NCBI GenBank assembly: GCA_963796455.1
Contig: CAWCLO010000004.1
Span: 1,088,001-1,152,000, forward strand
Direction: 5' to 3'
Origin: Candidatus Sulfomarinibacteraceae bacterium
Lineage (GTDB): Bacteria; Acidobacteriota; Thermoanaerobaculia; Thermoanaerobaculales; Sulfomarinibacteraceae
DNA length: 64,000 nt
The notes under the pieces are model-generated. The model saw only the letters and a program-made list of their open reading frames with translations, made no database searches and was not told the origin of the DNA. Shown one piece after another: positions 29,900 through 39,038 of the stretch. Position 1 is the first letter of the stretch, and each line of letters begins with the position of its first letter. The position numbers were made by a program, and so were the translations under genes.

Positions 29900-31450
29900 A
29901 TGCTGAACACGACTGCCTGCAAATATTCACTGGTTTTTCTCGGTGTCTGCGTTCTCGCGTTGTTGACGCCGTATCACGCTGCCGCGTCCAATGCGGGTGA
30001 GACCCGCACCCCGTCCGCTATCGCCTGGGCTCCAACCTTCGAGTTTCAAGCTGCCACCATTGCCGTTTCCGGTCCGGCCGGCGTCACCAGTTGGACCGTT
30101 GCCAAGGGCGGTCAGCTCTTGATCGATGCGGCAAGCCTCGAAGGGTGGGCGAAACGCCGCGGCTATTCCGTGGACGGATCGTACAACTTCGAGATTCGTT
30201 TTTCCGGCCAACCCAATGCCGGGACCCGTGCCTCCCAGGAAGCAACTCCAAAGGAATCCTCCGGACGTGAACACGAGGTCGCGGTCACAATGGTCAAGAT
30301 GCCGGTGTTGAGCGGGCATTTTCGCGTGGTGGACGGTTCGATCCTCACCGTTGATCCCGATACCGCCGAGACCGCAACCGCCAAAGACATCGTTCACGCC
30401 GACGACGTCATCACCCAATTCAGCCAGTGCATCGGCAACGATTGCGTTGACGGCGAGAGACTTCGGATTCGACACCTTGAGGCTCAAGGAAAACAACCTT
30501 CGGCTCCACTTCGACGACACCAGCGCTTCGGGGAGTTTTCCCGCCAACGACTGGAGGCTCATCGCCAATTCATCGGACAACGGTGGTCTGAACTACTTCG
30601 GCCTCGAGGACTCGACCGCCGGACGCAACCTCGTGGTTTTTGAAGCGGGCGCCCCGGCCAATTCGCTCTACCTTGATGACGCCGGCCGTTTGGGCCTGGG
30701 CACCTCGACACCGGCCGTCGAGCATCACATCGTCGATGGCAATACTCCGACAGTACGGCTCGACCAGGATAATACCCAGGGATGGCCAGCATACGTCTGG
30801 GACGTGGCCGCCAACGAAGCCAACTTTTTTATTCGCGATGTTACCGGCGGCTCCGATCTTGCGTTTCGCATCCAGCCCGGAACTCCTGAAAATGCATTGA
30901 CGCTTCGGTCGTCGGGCTATGTGGGACTGGGCACATGGGCTCCCGCCGAACCACTCGTCGTCCAGACCAGTGGCGAACCCGCAACCGTGCTCCTCAACAA
31001 TGTGGGCAACGGTACCTGGTATCTGACCTCCGCTGACGACGGCAGCTTCTCGATCAGTGAGACCGGCGTCGACGGCCAGGAACTGCTCGTCCTCGACAAC
31101 CTCGGCAACCTCACTACCTCAGGGACAGTCAACGGCATCTCGGACCGCGACCGCAAATTCGGATTCACCCCGGTCAACTCGGCACAGGTCCTCGAAGCGA
31201 TTGCCGGCATGTCCATCACCTCGTGGAGCCTGATCGGCGACACCCCGGGAGTCCGTCACGTCGGCCCCACCGCCCAGGACTTTTACGCAGCCTTCGGCCT
31301 CGGCAAGGACGAGCGCCACATCACCATGTCGGATGTGGGCGGCGTGGCCCTGGCCGCCATCAAGGCGCTTTCAACCGAACTCGCCGAACGCGATCTTTTG
31401 ATCGAGAACCTCGAGCAGCGCTTGCAAAGACTCGAAAAAGGGCACAGTGA
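29900..31450 (+). CDS. Secreted fibre-like protein with a Peptidase S74 intramolecular chaperone domain; frameshifts near 30460 and 31440
   Basis: Signal peptide and CIGNDCVDGE (frame of 29792) continue as FGFDTLRLKENNLR (frame of 30351); SDRDRK...HVGPTAQDFYAAFGLG plus coiled coil. The stop at 31450 is inferred. Confidence 0.78.
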
Positions 31451-31458
31451 CAACCATC

Positions 31459-31686
31459 ATGGATATCTGTTCAGACCTGGAAGACTGCCGGTATTTCAAC
31501 GAGGTGTTGACTTCGATGCCCGACGTTGCGGAGTTGATGAAGCAACGCTTCTGCCAGGGCCACCCGGAAAAGTGCGCTCGAAGATCAGTACAGGAGGCGG
31601 TGGGAGGCCAGCATGTGCCCCTCCACCTCGCACCTGATGCTCTCGAAAAGGCTCTGCGAATCATCCAAAAATGGAGCTTCCCCTGA
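31459..31686 (+). CDS. Small Cys-rich hypothetical protein
   Basis: C-x5-C-x-YF...MP...K-x2-FC-x6-CAR...VP-x2-LAP pattern, four Cys. Confidence 0.65.
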   Translation: MDICSDLEDCRYFNEVLTSMPDVAELMKQRFCQGHPEKCARRSVQEAVGGQHVPLHLAPDALEKALRIIQKWSFP

Positions 31687-31813
31687 GCTGAATTCGAGCT
31701 GCAAGACCTGATAGCGGGTCCTTGCTTCATGACAGATTTCCGCTGATATCCGATCGAATTGGCAAGACCCGCGGTGTATGCTCTGGGCTCAGTCGCAATG
31801 CGGGAGAGCAGCC

Positions 31814-32971
31814 ATGGCGGAACCGTTCAAGAACTTGTTCAACCCGGATACGATTCGCGATCTTGCGCAAATGCTCGAAAGCGGTGGCCCCCTCGATCTC
31901 GATGCCTTCATGGAGGACGCGCTCGACGGCCTCGAAGAGCTCGAACTCAAGGATCGGATTCGTCTTCTCAGCAAGGTGATGCGTCGCCACCTCGAGCCCG
32001 AATACCCCGCCGCGTTGGCCCACGTTCTCCGGTCCCTGCCGCCGCCACTCGTGGACGGCGAAAAGCTGAGCGGAGGAATTCTGGTCTGGCCCTGTTGCCA
32101 ATTCGTGGAAGACCACGGCGTGGACGACCCCGATCATTCGCTCCCGGCTCTGTATGAATTGACCCGCCGCTTCAGCGCCGAATTCGCCATCAGACCCTTT
32201 CTGGTCAACTACCCCGATCGCACTCTCGCGCTGCTTCATGAGTGGACAACGGACGTCGATCTCCACGTGCGCCGGCTGTGCTCCGAAGGCAGCCGCCCGA
32301 GGCTCCCGTGGGGCCTCCGTCTCCAGTTCCTGGTGGATGACCCCTCCCCCACTCTTCCGATTCTCGAGACGTTGCGCGACGACCCGGAAGAATATGTGCG
32401 CCGGTCGGTCGCCAATCACCTCAACGACATCGCCAAGGACAACCCCGATGTGGTCGTGGATGTCTGCCGCCGATGGCTGAAGGGCGCCCCGAAGGAGCGC
32501 GAGAAGCTCGTCAAGCACGCCCTCCGCAGCCTGGTCAAACAGGGCAATCCCGATGCCCTCACGTTGCTTGGTTTCGGCCCCCCGAAGATCGAGGTGGTGC
32601 GCTTCACAGCCCCCGATGCAGCCGAAGTCGGGGGTTCCGCCGAGCTCGAACTCGAACTCAAAAGCACCTCGAAAAAGAAACAGAACCTCGTCATCGACTA
32701 TGCCTTTCACTTCCCGGGTGCAAAGGGCAAGACCAACCGCAAGGTCTTCAAGTGGCGCACTGCCACCATCGAGCCCGGCGGCACGCTGCGCTGTCGCAAA
32801 AGCCACTCTTTCAAAGAGGTCTCTACCAGACGCACCTTGCCGGGAACCTATCGCTTCGAGGTCATGGTGAATGGTGAGAGCTTTGGGGAGGTGGGGGTGG
32901 CGGTTTCAGAGCCGCGAGGGTTGAGCGCCAAACGTCCCATCCGCTCAAATCCACCGCGTGGCAAGTGTTGA
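31814..32971 (+). CDS. DNA alkylation repair protein (AlkC-like HEAT-repeat glycosylase)
   Basis: FSAEFAIRPF, HVRRLCSEGSRPRLPW and YVRRSVANHLNDIAKD motifs; C-terminal Ig-like domain. Confidence 0.9.
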   Translation: MAEPFKNLFNPDTIRDLAQMLESGGPLDLDAFMEDALDGLEELELKDRIRLLSKVMRRHLEPEYPAALAHVLRSLPPPLVDGEKLSGGILVWPCCQFVEDHGVDDPDHSLPALYELTRRFSAEFAIRPFLVNYPDRTLALLHEWTTDVDLHVRRLCSEGSRPRLPWGLRLQFLVDDPSPTLPILETLRDDPEEYVRRSVANHLNDIAKDNPDVVVDVCRRWLKGAPKEREKLVKHALRSLVKQGNPDALTLLGFGPPKIEVVRFTAPDAAEVGGSAELELELKSTSKKKQNLVIDYAFHFPGAKGKTNRKVFKWRTATIEPGGTLRCRKSHSFKEVSTRRTLPGTYRFEVMVNGESFGEVGVAVSEPRGLSAKRPIRSNPPRGKC

Positions 32972-32996
32972 CAAACGGCACACATTGTACGACATT
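32968..32996 (+). promoter_or_regulatory. sigma70 promoter of the TA operon
   Basis: TTGACA-17 bp-GACATT, ending 6 nt before ATG 33003. Confidence 0.6.
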
Positions 32997-33002
32997 AGTC
33001 TT

Positions 33003-33278
33003 ATGAAATATTTCTCCTGGAGCCCAGGGAAAAACCGATTGCTTCAGGAGACCCGAGGTATTTCATTTGAGGAGGTTGTATTCCACGTGGAGAGGGGCGA
33101 TGTGCTCGATATCTTGGAACACCCAAATCTGGAGAAATACTCGGGGCAACGGATCATGGTCGTTCATGTCGAAGGTTACGCATACCTCGTACCGTTCGTC
33201 GAAGACGATTCAGAGGTCTTTCTGAAAACGATCATTCCCAGTCGCAAAGCGACGCGGGATGATCTCGGAGGTGCCTGA
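33003..33278 (+). CDS. BrnT-like type II toxin
   Basis: FSWSPGKN...RGISFEEV...YAYLVPFV...FLKTIIPSRKATR. Confidence 0.85.
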   Translation: MKYFSWSPGKNRLLQETRGISFEEVVFHVERGDVLDILEHPNLEKYSGQRIMVVHVEGYAYLVPFVEDDSEVFLKTIIPSRKATRDDLGGA

Positions 33279-33553
33279 TGGCCAAACTGGACAAAGAAGA
33301 GAAGGAACTCCTCAAATCATTCGAAGATGGGGAATGGAGATCGGTTTCCAACAAAAAACGGGAAGAGGGTCGTCTCCAGGATTACGCGGCCGCGACCTTC
33401 AAGAAAGACCGTCGAATCAACATCAGGATTTCGAGCAAGGACCTCAATGCACTCCAGAAGAGAGCGCTCGAGGAAGGAATCCCGTATCAGACTCTCGTTT
33501 CGAGCGTCCTCCACAAGTACGTTTCAGGACGTCTTCGTGAAGAATCAGCCTGA
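33278..33553 (+). CDS. BrnA/CopG-like antitoxin
   Basis: KDRRINIRIS...A-x3-GIPYQTLVSSVLHKY; TGATG coupling to the toxin. Confidence 0.87.
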   Translation: MAKLDKEEKELLKSFEDGEWRSVSNKKREEGRLQDYAAATFKKDRRINIRISSKDLNALQKRALEEGIPYQTLVSSVLHKYVSGRLREESA

Positions 33554-33888
33554 CACGTCGTTCCGACGGGCTCTCACCCATGCCCGGTTGCTGACGGCCC
33601 ATGGGTGCTCAAGGCACCCCTAAAGGAAAATCAAAGTACATCCGGAATGGGTCTCCTTGATGAGATCAGGGCTTCTCTCGGTTACAATTGTTTCGAGAGT
33701 GAGACCCGAAAACCGGCCCAGGCTCTGGCCCCGATCCAGCGATTGCCGGGTTGGGAGGACATTGAATGAACAGTGCACAACCCCGAGAATCCGGACTGAT
33801 CGGTCCGACCCGAACCTCAGGGAATTGTCCGACATTCAATCTCCGCACGATCCCCGGTCGTAGCGAACGAACACAAGTAGAGGTGATC

Positions 33889-36576
33889 ATGAAGAATCCC
33901 GCCCACGCCACCGTAATCGCCGCAGCATTGATCGTCGCCACCGTCGTCCTCCTGTTCGCGCCACCTTCCGAAGCCGCATACCTCAGGGACGTGCCCCAGG
34001 TTCTCATGCAACCTGACGGCTCGCGAATCGAGTGTTTTGCAAGTGGTGACGAGTATTACAACTGGCTGCACGATGCCGACGGATTCGTCATCATTCGTGA
34101 CCCTGACAGCGGGTATTGGGTATGGGCCGAAAAAGTGCAGGGTGATCTTGCCCCGACGGACTTTGTCGTCGGACGCATCCCACCCCGTTTTCTCGATCTC
34201 GAACCGCGGGTCGCTCCGGATCAAAGGATCCTCGAGCTGAGGAGATCCACCCTCTTCCAGGCTCCACCCGCCGAACCGGCGCCCTCGACGGGAACGATGG
34301 AAAACGTCGTCATCTTTATTCGTTTCAGTGATGAATCCGAATTCGGGCAACCCATCAGCGGCTACGACGACAGTTTCAATTCCACGACGCCGGGCATCAG
34401 CTCGATGAAGGCCTACTATCGAGAGGTCTCCTACAACCAGCTCACCATCAACTCGACCTTCTACCCCACTCCGGGCACCAACGTCGTCTCCTACCAGGAC
34501 GCTCAACCGCGCGCCTACTATCAACCCTATGATGCCACCACGAACCCGATCGGTTATACGGGAGGCAACGCGGGAACCGAGCGCACCACCCGCGAGCACA
34601 CACTGTTGAAAAACGCGGTCGATGCGGTGTCGTCACAGGTGCCAGGGAGCCTCGATGTCGATGGCGACGATGACGGTTATGTCGACAACGTGGTTTTCGT
34701 CATCTACGGCTCACCCACCGGCTGGAGTTCGCTCCTGTGGCCTCATCGGTGGTCCCTCTACACGCAGACAGCCTATATCAACGGAGCGCAGGTCTCGGAC
34801 TACAACTTCCAGCTCAGCGCGGCCTTCGGCGTCGGCGTCCTCTGCCACGAGATGTTTCACTCTCTTGGTGCGCCCGACCTCTACCACTACACATCGAACG
34901 GTGTTTCCCCTGCCTACAAGTGGGACATCATGGAATACGACCTGAGTCCGCCGCAACACATGACCATGTATATGAAAAAGAGGTACGCCAATTGGATCGC
35001 CTCCATCCCGGAGATCACGAGCAACGGCACCTACACCCTCAACCCGGTGACGTCTTCAACCAACCATGCCTACAAGATCGCCTCGCCTCACACCGCCAAC
35101 GAATACTTTGTCGTGGAGTACCGGCGCAAGACGGGTACCTTCGAGAGCTCGATCCCCGGTTCCGGTCTCATCGTCTATCGCATCAACACGGCGGCGGACG
35201 GAGTCGGCAACCGCAACGGTCCGCCTGATGAACTCTATGTCTATCGCCCCAACGGCTCCAACACGGTCGAAGGCGACCCGACTGACGCAAACTTCAGCCT
35301 CGATGTCGGCCGGACCCAGATCAACGACTCCACCAACCCCTCGGCCTTCCTCCAGGATGACAGCTCGGGCGGTCTCGATATTTCCGATATCACCGCGGCC
35401 GGGGCCACCATTTCATTCACGGTGACCGTGGATCTCGGCGACGATTTCTCGATCTCGGCCACCCCCTCGAGCCGCGAGGTCTGCCAGGGATCGAACGCCG
35501 CGTTCGACGTGTCCGTGCAGCAGATCGGCTCCTTCACCGGTTCCGTGACGCTCAGTTCAAGCGGCACGCCCACCGGCACAACCGCGGGATTTTCAACCAA
35601 CCCGGTGAATCCGGTCCCGGGCACCAGCACCTTCACTGTGAGCAACACCGGCGCCGCGTCGCCGGGCACATCAACTATCACCATCACCGGCACCGGGAGC
35701 CCTGGGACCCACAACGACACAGTCGATCTCACCATCGTCACGACACCCGCCACCAGCACACTGCAGAGCCCCGCGAACGGTGCAACCGGACAATCGACCT
35801 CGCCTACCTTCCAATGGACCGCGGTCGCCGGAGCCACCTCTTATACGATCCAGATCGCGCGCGACTCCGGATTCCAGAACATTGTCAACAGCACCGCCGT
35901 CCAGACCACCAACTACTCCGGTGCCACCCTCGACGCCGCCACGACCTACTACTGGCGGGTCACCGCCTCGAATACCTGCGGCGCTGGAGCCGCTTCGGCA
36001 ACGTTTTCCCTGACCACCGACGACGGATCGACCCAATGCACAAATGTCCTTCTCGAACCCGGATTCGAGGCAGGGGGCGGATCCGCGTGGTCGGAGTCCT
36101 CGGGCAATGGTTGGGCCATCGTTACTACCGACTATCCGCGCACCGGTTCCTATTCCGGATGGCTGGGCGGGGGGAACAACGAAAGCGCTGATCTCTCGCA
36201 GGCGCCGGCCATCGCCGCCGGGGCCTCCTCCGCCACCCTCACATACTGGTACCTGCTCGATTCGAGCGATTATTGCGGCTACGATTATGGCGGCGTCGAG
36301 ATCAACGGAACACCTCCGGCCGGACACAATTACGACCTCTGCACCACGACCGACACCGGTTCGAGTTGGACCAAATCGGCCGCTGTCGATCTGTTGTCCC
36401 TCGCCGGCACTTCGCCCACCATCAACTTCTTTATAACGACCGATGGATCAAACTCGAGCAGCGTCGTCGTCGACGATGTGATGCTCGAGGTCTGTGTGTC
36501 TTCGGGAACCCCGGCAATGTTCAGCGATGGTTTCGAATCCGGGAGCACATCCTCCTGGAGCAACACCGTGCCGTAG
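33889..36576 (+). CDS. Secreted M6 metalloprotease, paralog of 21111-23789 (copy 2)
   Basis: Same HEMFHSLGAPDLY motif and domain order; ends MFSDGFESGSTSSWSNTVP. Confidence 0.92.
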   Translation: MKNPAHATVIAAALIVATVVLLFAPPSEAAYLRDVPQVLMQPDGSRIECFASGDEYYNWLHDADGFVIIRDPDSGYWVWAEKVQGDLAPTDFVVGRIPPRFLDLEPRVAPDQRILELRRSTLFQAPPAEPAPSTGTMENVVIFIRFSDESEFGQPISGYDDSFNSTTPGISSMKAYYREVSYNQLTINSTFYPTPGTNVVSYQDAQPRAYYQPYDATTNPIGYTGGNAGTERTTREHTLLKNAVDAVSSQVPGSLDVDGDDDGYVDNVVFVIYGSPTGWSSLLWPHRWSLYTQTAYINGAQVSDYNFQLSAAFGVGVLCHEMFHSLGAPDLYHYTSNGVSPAYKWDIMEYDLSPPQHMTMYMKKRYANWIASIPEITSNGTYTLNPVTSSTNHAYKIASPHTANEYFVVEYRRKTGTFESSIPGSGLIVYRINTAADGVGNRNGPPDELYVYRPNGSNTVEGDPTDANFSLDVGRTQINDSTNPSAFLQDDSSGGLDISDITAAGATISFTVTVDLGDDFSISATPSSREVCQGSNAAFDVSVQQIGSFTGSVTLSSSGTPTGTTAGFSTNPVNPVPGTSTFTVSNTGAASPGTSTITITGTGSPGTHNDTVDLTIVTTPATSTLQSPANGATGQSTSPTFQWTAVAGATSYTIQIARDSGFQNIVNSTAVQTTNYSGATLDAATTYYWRVTASNTCGAGAASATFSLTTDDGSTQCTNVLLEPGFEAGGGSAWSESSGNGWAIVTTDYPRTGSYSGWLGGGNNESADLSQAPAIAAGASSATLTYWYLLDSSDYCGYDYGGVEINGTPPAGHNYDLCTTTDTGSSWTKSAAVDLLSLAGTSPTINFFITTDGSNSSSVVVDDVMLEVCVSSGTPAMFSDGFESGSTSSWSNTVP

Positions 36577-36666
36577 TCCGGTCACCGACGCGCCGCGGAA
36601 ACAGGCCGCGGGTCGTGCCGACTTCCGATCTCGGGCATTTTCCGCCCGCCGGTCTACAATTGGGCC

Positions 36667-37785
36667 ATGGCCCACAAACAGAAATTCGACGTCGAAAACT
36701 GGCCGGGGTTGATCAGATCCCGAATCACGAAACAGCGGCACCAGCCCGGCACCGCCCCCGGAACCCTCCCTTCACCCGCCGATAGGACGGGAGAGAGCCG
36801 AACACGGGTCGTCGCCTTCAATTCCACTGATCTGACGGACCTCGCCCACCCGGATACTGGCAGTCTGTCCGGAATCGGGGATAGCATGACCACGTGGGTG
36901 AACGTCGAAGGCCACGGCGTGGCACAGATCGCGGATCTCGGCGCGCGGCTCGAAGTTCATCCTCTCGCACTGGAGGATGTTCTTCATGTGGGCCAACGAC
37001 CAAAGGTCGAGGACTTCGAGGAATCCCTCTTTCTCGTTATCGATCATTTTTCGATGACTGCCGACGGCGGCGGGCTGACCAAGGAACAGGTCAGCCTGGT
37101 GATTCAGAACGGTCTCGTGCTGTCGGTTCGGGAACACGCCTCCGATCTTTTCGAACCGGTGTATCAGAGGCTGAAGTCCGGCAAGGGTCGAATCCGGGTC
37201 GGTGGCGCCGGCTATCTCGCCTACGCGCTCATCGACACCGTCGTGGATCACCTGTTTCCGGTGTTGGAACACATCGGTGATCGACTCGATATCCTCGAGG
37301 CTTCGATCCTGGACGACCCGTCCCAGGATGATCTCAGCACGCTCCACCTGATCAAGCACGACCTGCTTTTGTTGCGGAAGTCGATGTGGCCGACACGGGA
37401 GCTGCTTCGCAATCGGCTGCTGATCGATTCACCTCTGATCGGAGAACAGACCCAACTCTATCTTCGAGACGTCGCCGACCACGCCACAGTGGCGGTCGAC
37501 ATGATCGAAAGCTACCGCGAAATGGTGGCCAGCCTCAACGATCTGTACCTGACGAACATATCGATCAGATCCAACGAGATCATGAAGGTGCTGACCACCA
37601 TCGCGACCATTTTCATTCCGCTTTCGTTCATCGCCGGTCTGTACGGAATGAACTTCAACACCGCGGCAAGCCCGCTGAACATGCCCGAACTCAATTGGCG
37701 TTGGGGCTATCCGATGGCGTTGATCCTTATGGCCGCGGTCGCCGGAGGCCTGCTCATCTACTTCCGGCGCAGACGTTGGTTTTGA
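36667..37785 (+). CDS. corA: Magnesium/cobalt transporter
   Basis: HPLALEDV...QRPKVE, YGMNF and MPEL motifs. Confidence 0.96.
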   Translation: MAHKQKFDVENWPGLIRSRITKQRHQPGTAPGTLPSPADRTGESRTRVVAFNSTDLTDLAHPDTGSLSGIGDSMTTWVNVEGHGVAQIADLGARLEVHPLALEDVLHVGQRPKVEDFEESLFLVIDHFSMTADGGGLTKEQVSLVIQNGLVLSVREHASDLFEPVYQRLKSGKGRIRVGGAGYLAYALIDTVVDHLFPVLEHIGDRLDILEASILDDPSQDDLSTLHLIKHDLLLLRKSMWPTRELLRNRLLIDSPLIGEQTQLYLRDVADHATVAVDMIESYREMVASLNDLYLTNISIRSNEIMKVLTTIATIFIPLSFIAGLYGMNFNTAASPLNMPELNWRWGYPMALILMAAVAGGLLIYFRRRRWF

Positions 37786-37802
37786 CGCTCTTCACCTCAA
37801 GA

Positions 37803-37838
37803 CGGGGCACCTATGCGTCACATTCCTGGGGTGCCCCG
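37803..37838. repeat. Inverted repeat with GGCACC core at the left island border
   Basis: CGGGGCACC...GGTGCCCCG between the convergent corA and 37865-38875 genes; may simply act as a terminator. Confidence 0.5.
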
Positions 37839-37864
37839 AAAAAGAGACAGCCTATGATCCGCAC

Positions 37865-38875
37865 CTAGTTGTGGACGTACGAGACATTCCGTGAACCCTC
37901 GGAGTTGAGATAGATAAGGATTGAAGTACGGGCGACCTCACGGTCATCTTCGACCGCAATAATCGGCCGACCGGTCACCATGCCCTTTCCGTATTTGCCG
38001 TTGACCCGACAGTAAAAGAATACTTTCTGCGGGCTCTCGGCAGCCGCAAGTTCAAGGCTGGGTTCATAACCCTTGTCAGGGGCTTCGGTCATCCCCCTCA
38101 TCGCGATTTCGGGGCGGAAAGGGATCTCGCCAGGGTCGTAGACGACAAAGCCGTCACCCACGGAAGGATGACTGAACCTGATCCAGCCCTGTTCGAGCCC
38201 TTTCTGCGGGTACCGTCGACCCTCCACTTCGAGATCCGACTTTGGGAGTGCCGTTCCATACCCTTCGGCGGCGACGAGAAAGACATGGGGCCAGTCGAAG
38301 TCCCGTTTTTCTCCATTCCTCCAGAGCCACGATTCTCTATTTCCTTGCCTTTTGACCTCGACAACAGAGACCGGGCCCCGCGTATCGGCACGCAAGATCC
38401 CCTGCCGTTTCTCCAGCGGTGCTCTCTCTGCCTGTTTCTCGAGGACGATTTCAATCTCCACGATTTCGGCCCCTCCCGGATTTGTCCGTGGGGTCTCTTC
38501 ATTGAACGAAAATGACCACTGCTCGGAATAGAACCCGGGCTTCAAAAACGAGAGATTGACCGACGAGATGTCGCTCCGCTCGATTCGGAATTCGCCATCG
38601 GCACGAAGGCTCTCCCTGACGATTTCTTTTCTCGCGACGACGTCGCCAAGCTTTCGGAAATAGTAATTGACCTTCACGTCCATCAACGGTTGGCCGTTTG
38701 TTGAAACCACGCGGCCGCGAATATCGATATCGCCCTTCAGCATTTCAGTCCAGGCTTCCAACTGGCGAAGCATTTCTTCCTGATTCGGATACTCCTGCGC
38801 CCAGACCGGGCTGACCAGGAGGAGCAGTAAACTGAGAGCGAATCCAGTCTTCAATTCAACCCAAAATCTGTGCAT
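37865..38875 (-). CDS. Secreted protein, paralog of 56532-57536; putative orphan immunity protein
   Basis: Signal peptide; shares DIRGRVVS, MRGMTEAP, YGKGMVTGRPIIA and YLN-x2-GSRNVSY with 56532-57536. Confidence 0.7.
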   Translation of the reverse strand: MHRFWVELKTGFALSLLLLLVSPVWAQEYPNQEEMLRQLEAWTEMLKGDIDIRGRVVSTNGQPLMDVKVNYYFRKLGDVVARKEIVRESLRADGEFRIERSDISSVNLSFLKPGFYSEQWSFSFNEETPRTNPGGAEIVEIEIVLEKQAERAPLEKRQGILRADTRGPVSVVEVKRQGNRESWLWRNGEKRDFDWPHVFLVAAEGYGTALPKSDLEVEGRRYPQKGLEQGWIRFSHPSVGDGFVVYDPGEIPFRPEIAMRGMTEAPDKGYEPSLELAAAESPQKVFFYCRVNGKYGKGMVTGRPIIAVEDDREVARTSILIYLNSEGSRNVSYVHN

Positions 38876-39038
38876 TTGTTGATTCCCCCTGAGGCCGCCA
38901 GTTTGGTCTATCGATTGGTTTCGATATTGGTGCTGTTCCGTCGAACCTCAAGCTTACTCCAAGAGATTGAAATGAATCGGCTCGGTTCAGGCTGCCGATG
39001 ACCTGTCGGCGACTTTCGGAAATCTGGCACATTGACCT

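Noticed and set aside
29900..31450. Prophage remnant
   Set aside because: Only an S74 domain is present; there are no capsid, terminase or integrase genes, and the protein has a signal peptide.
21111..36576. Diversity-generating retroelement template/variable repeat pair
   Set aside because: Differences are not adenine-specific, whole genes are duplicated, and no reverse transcriptase is present.
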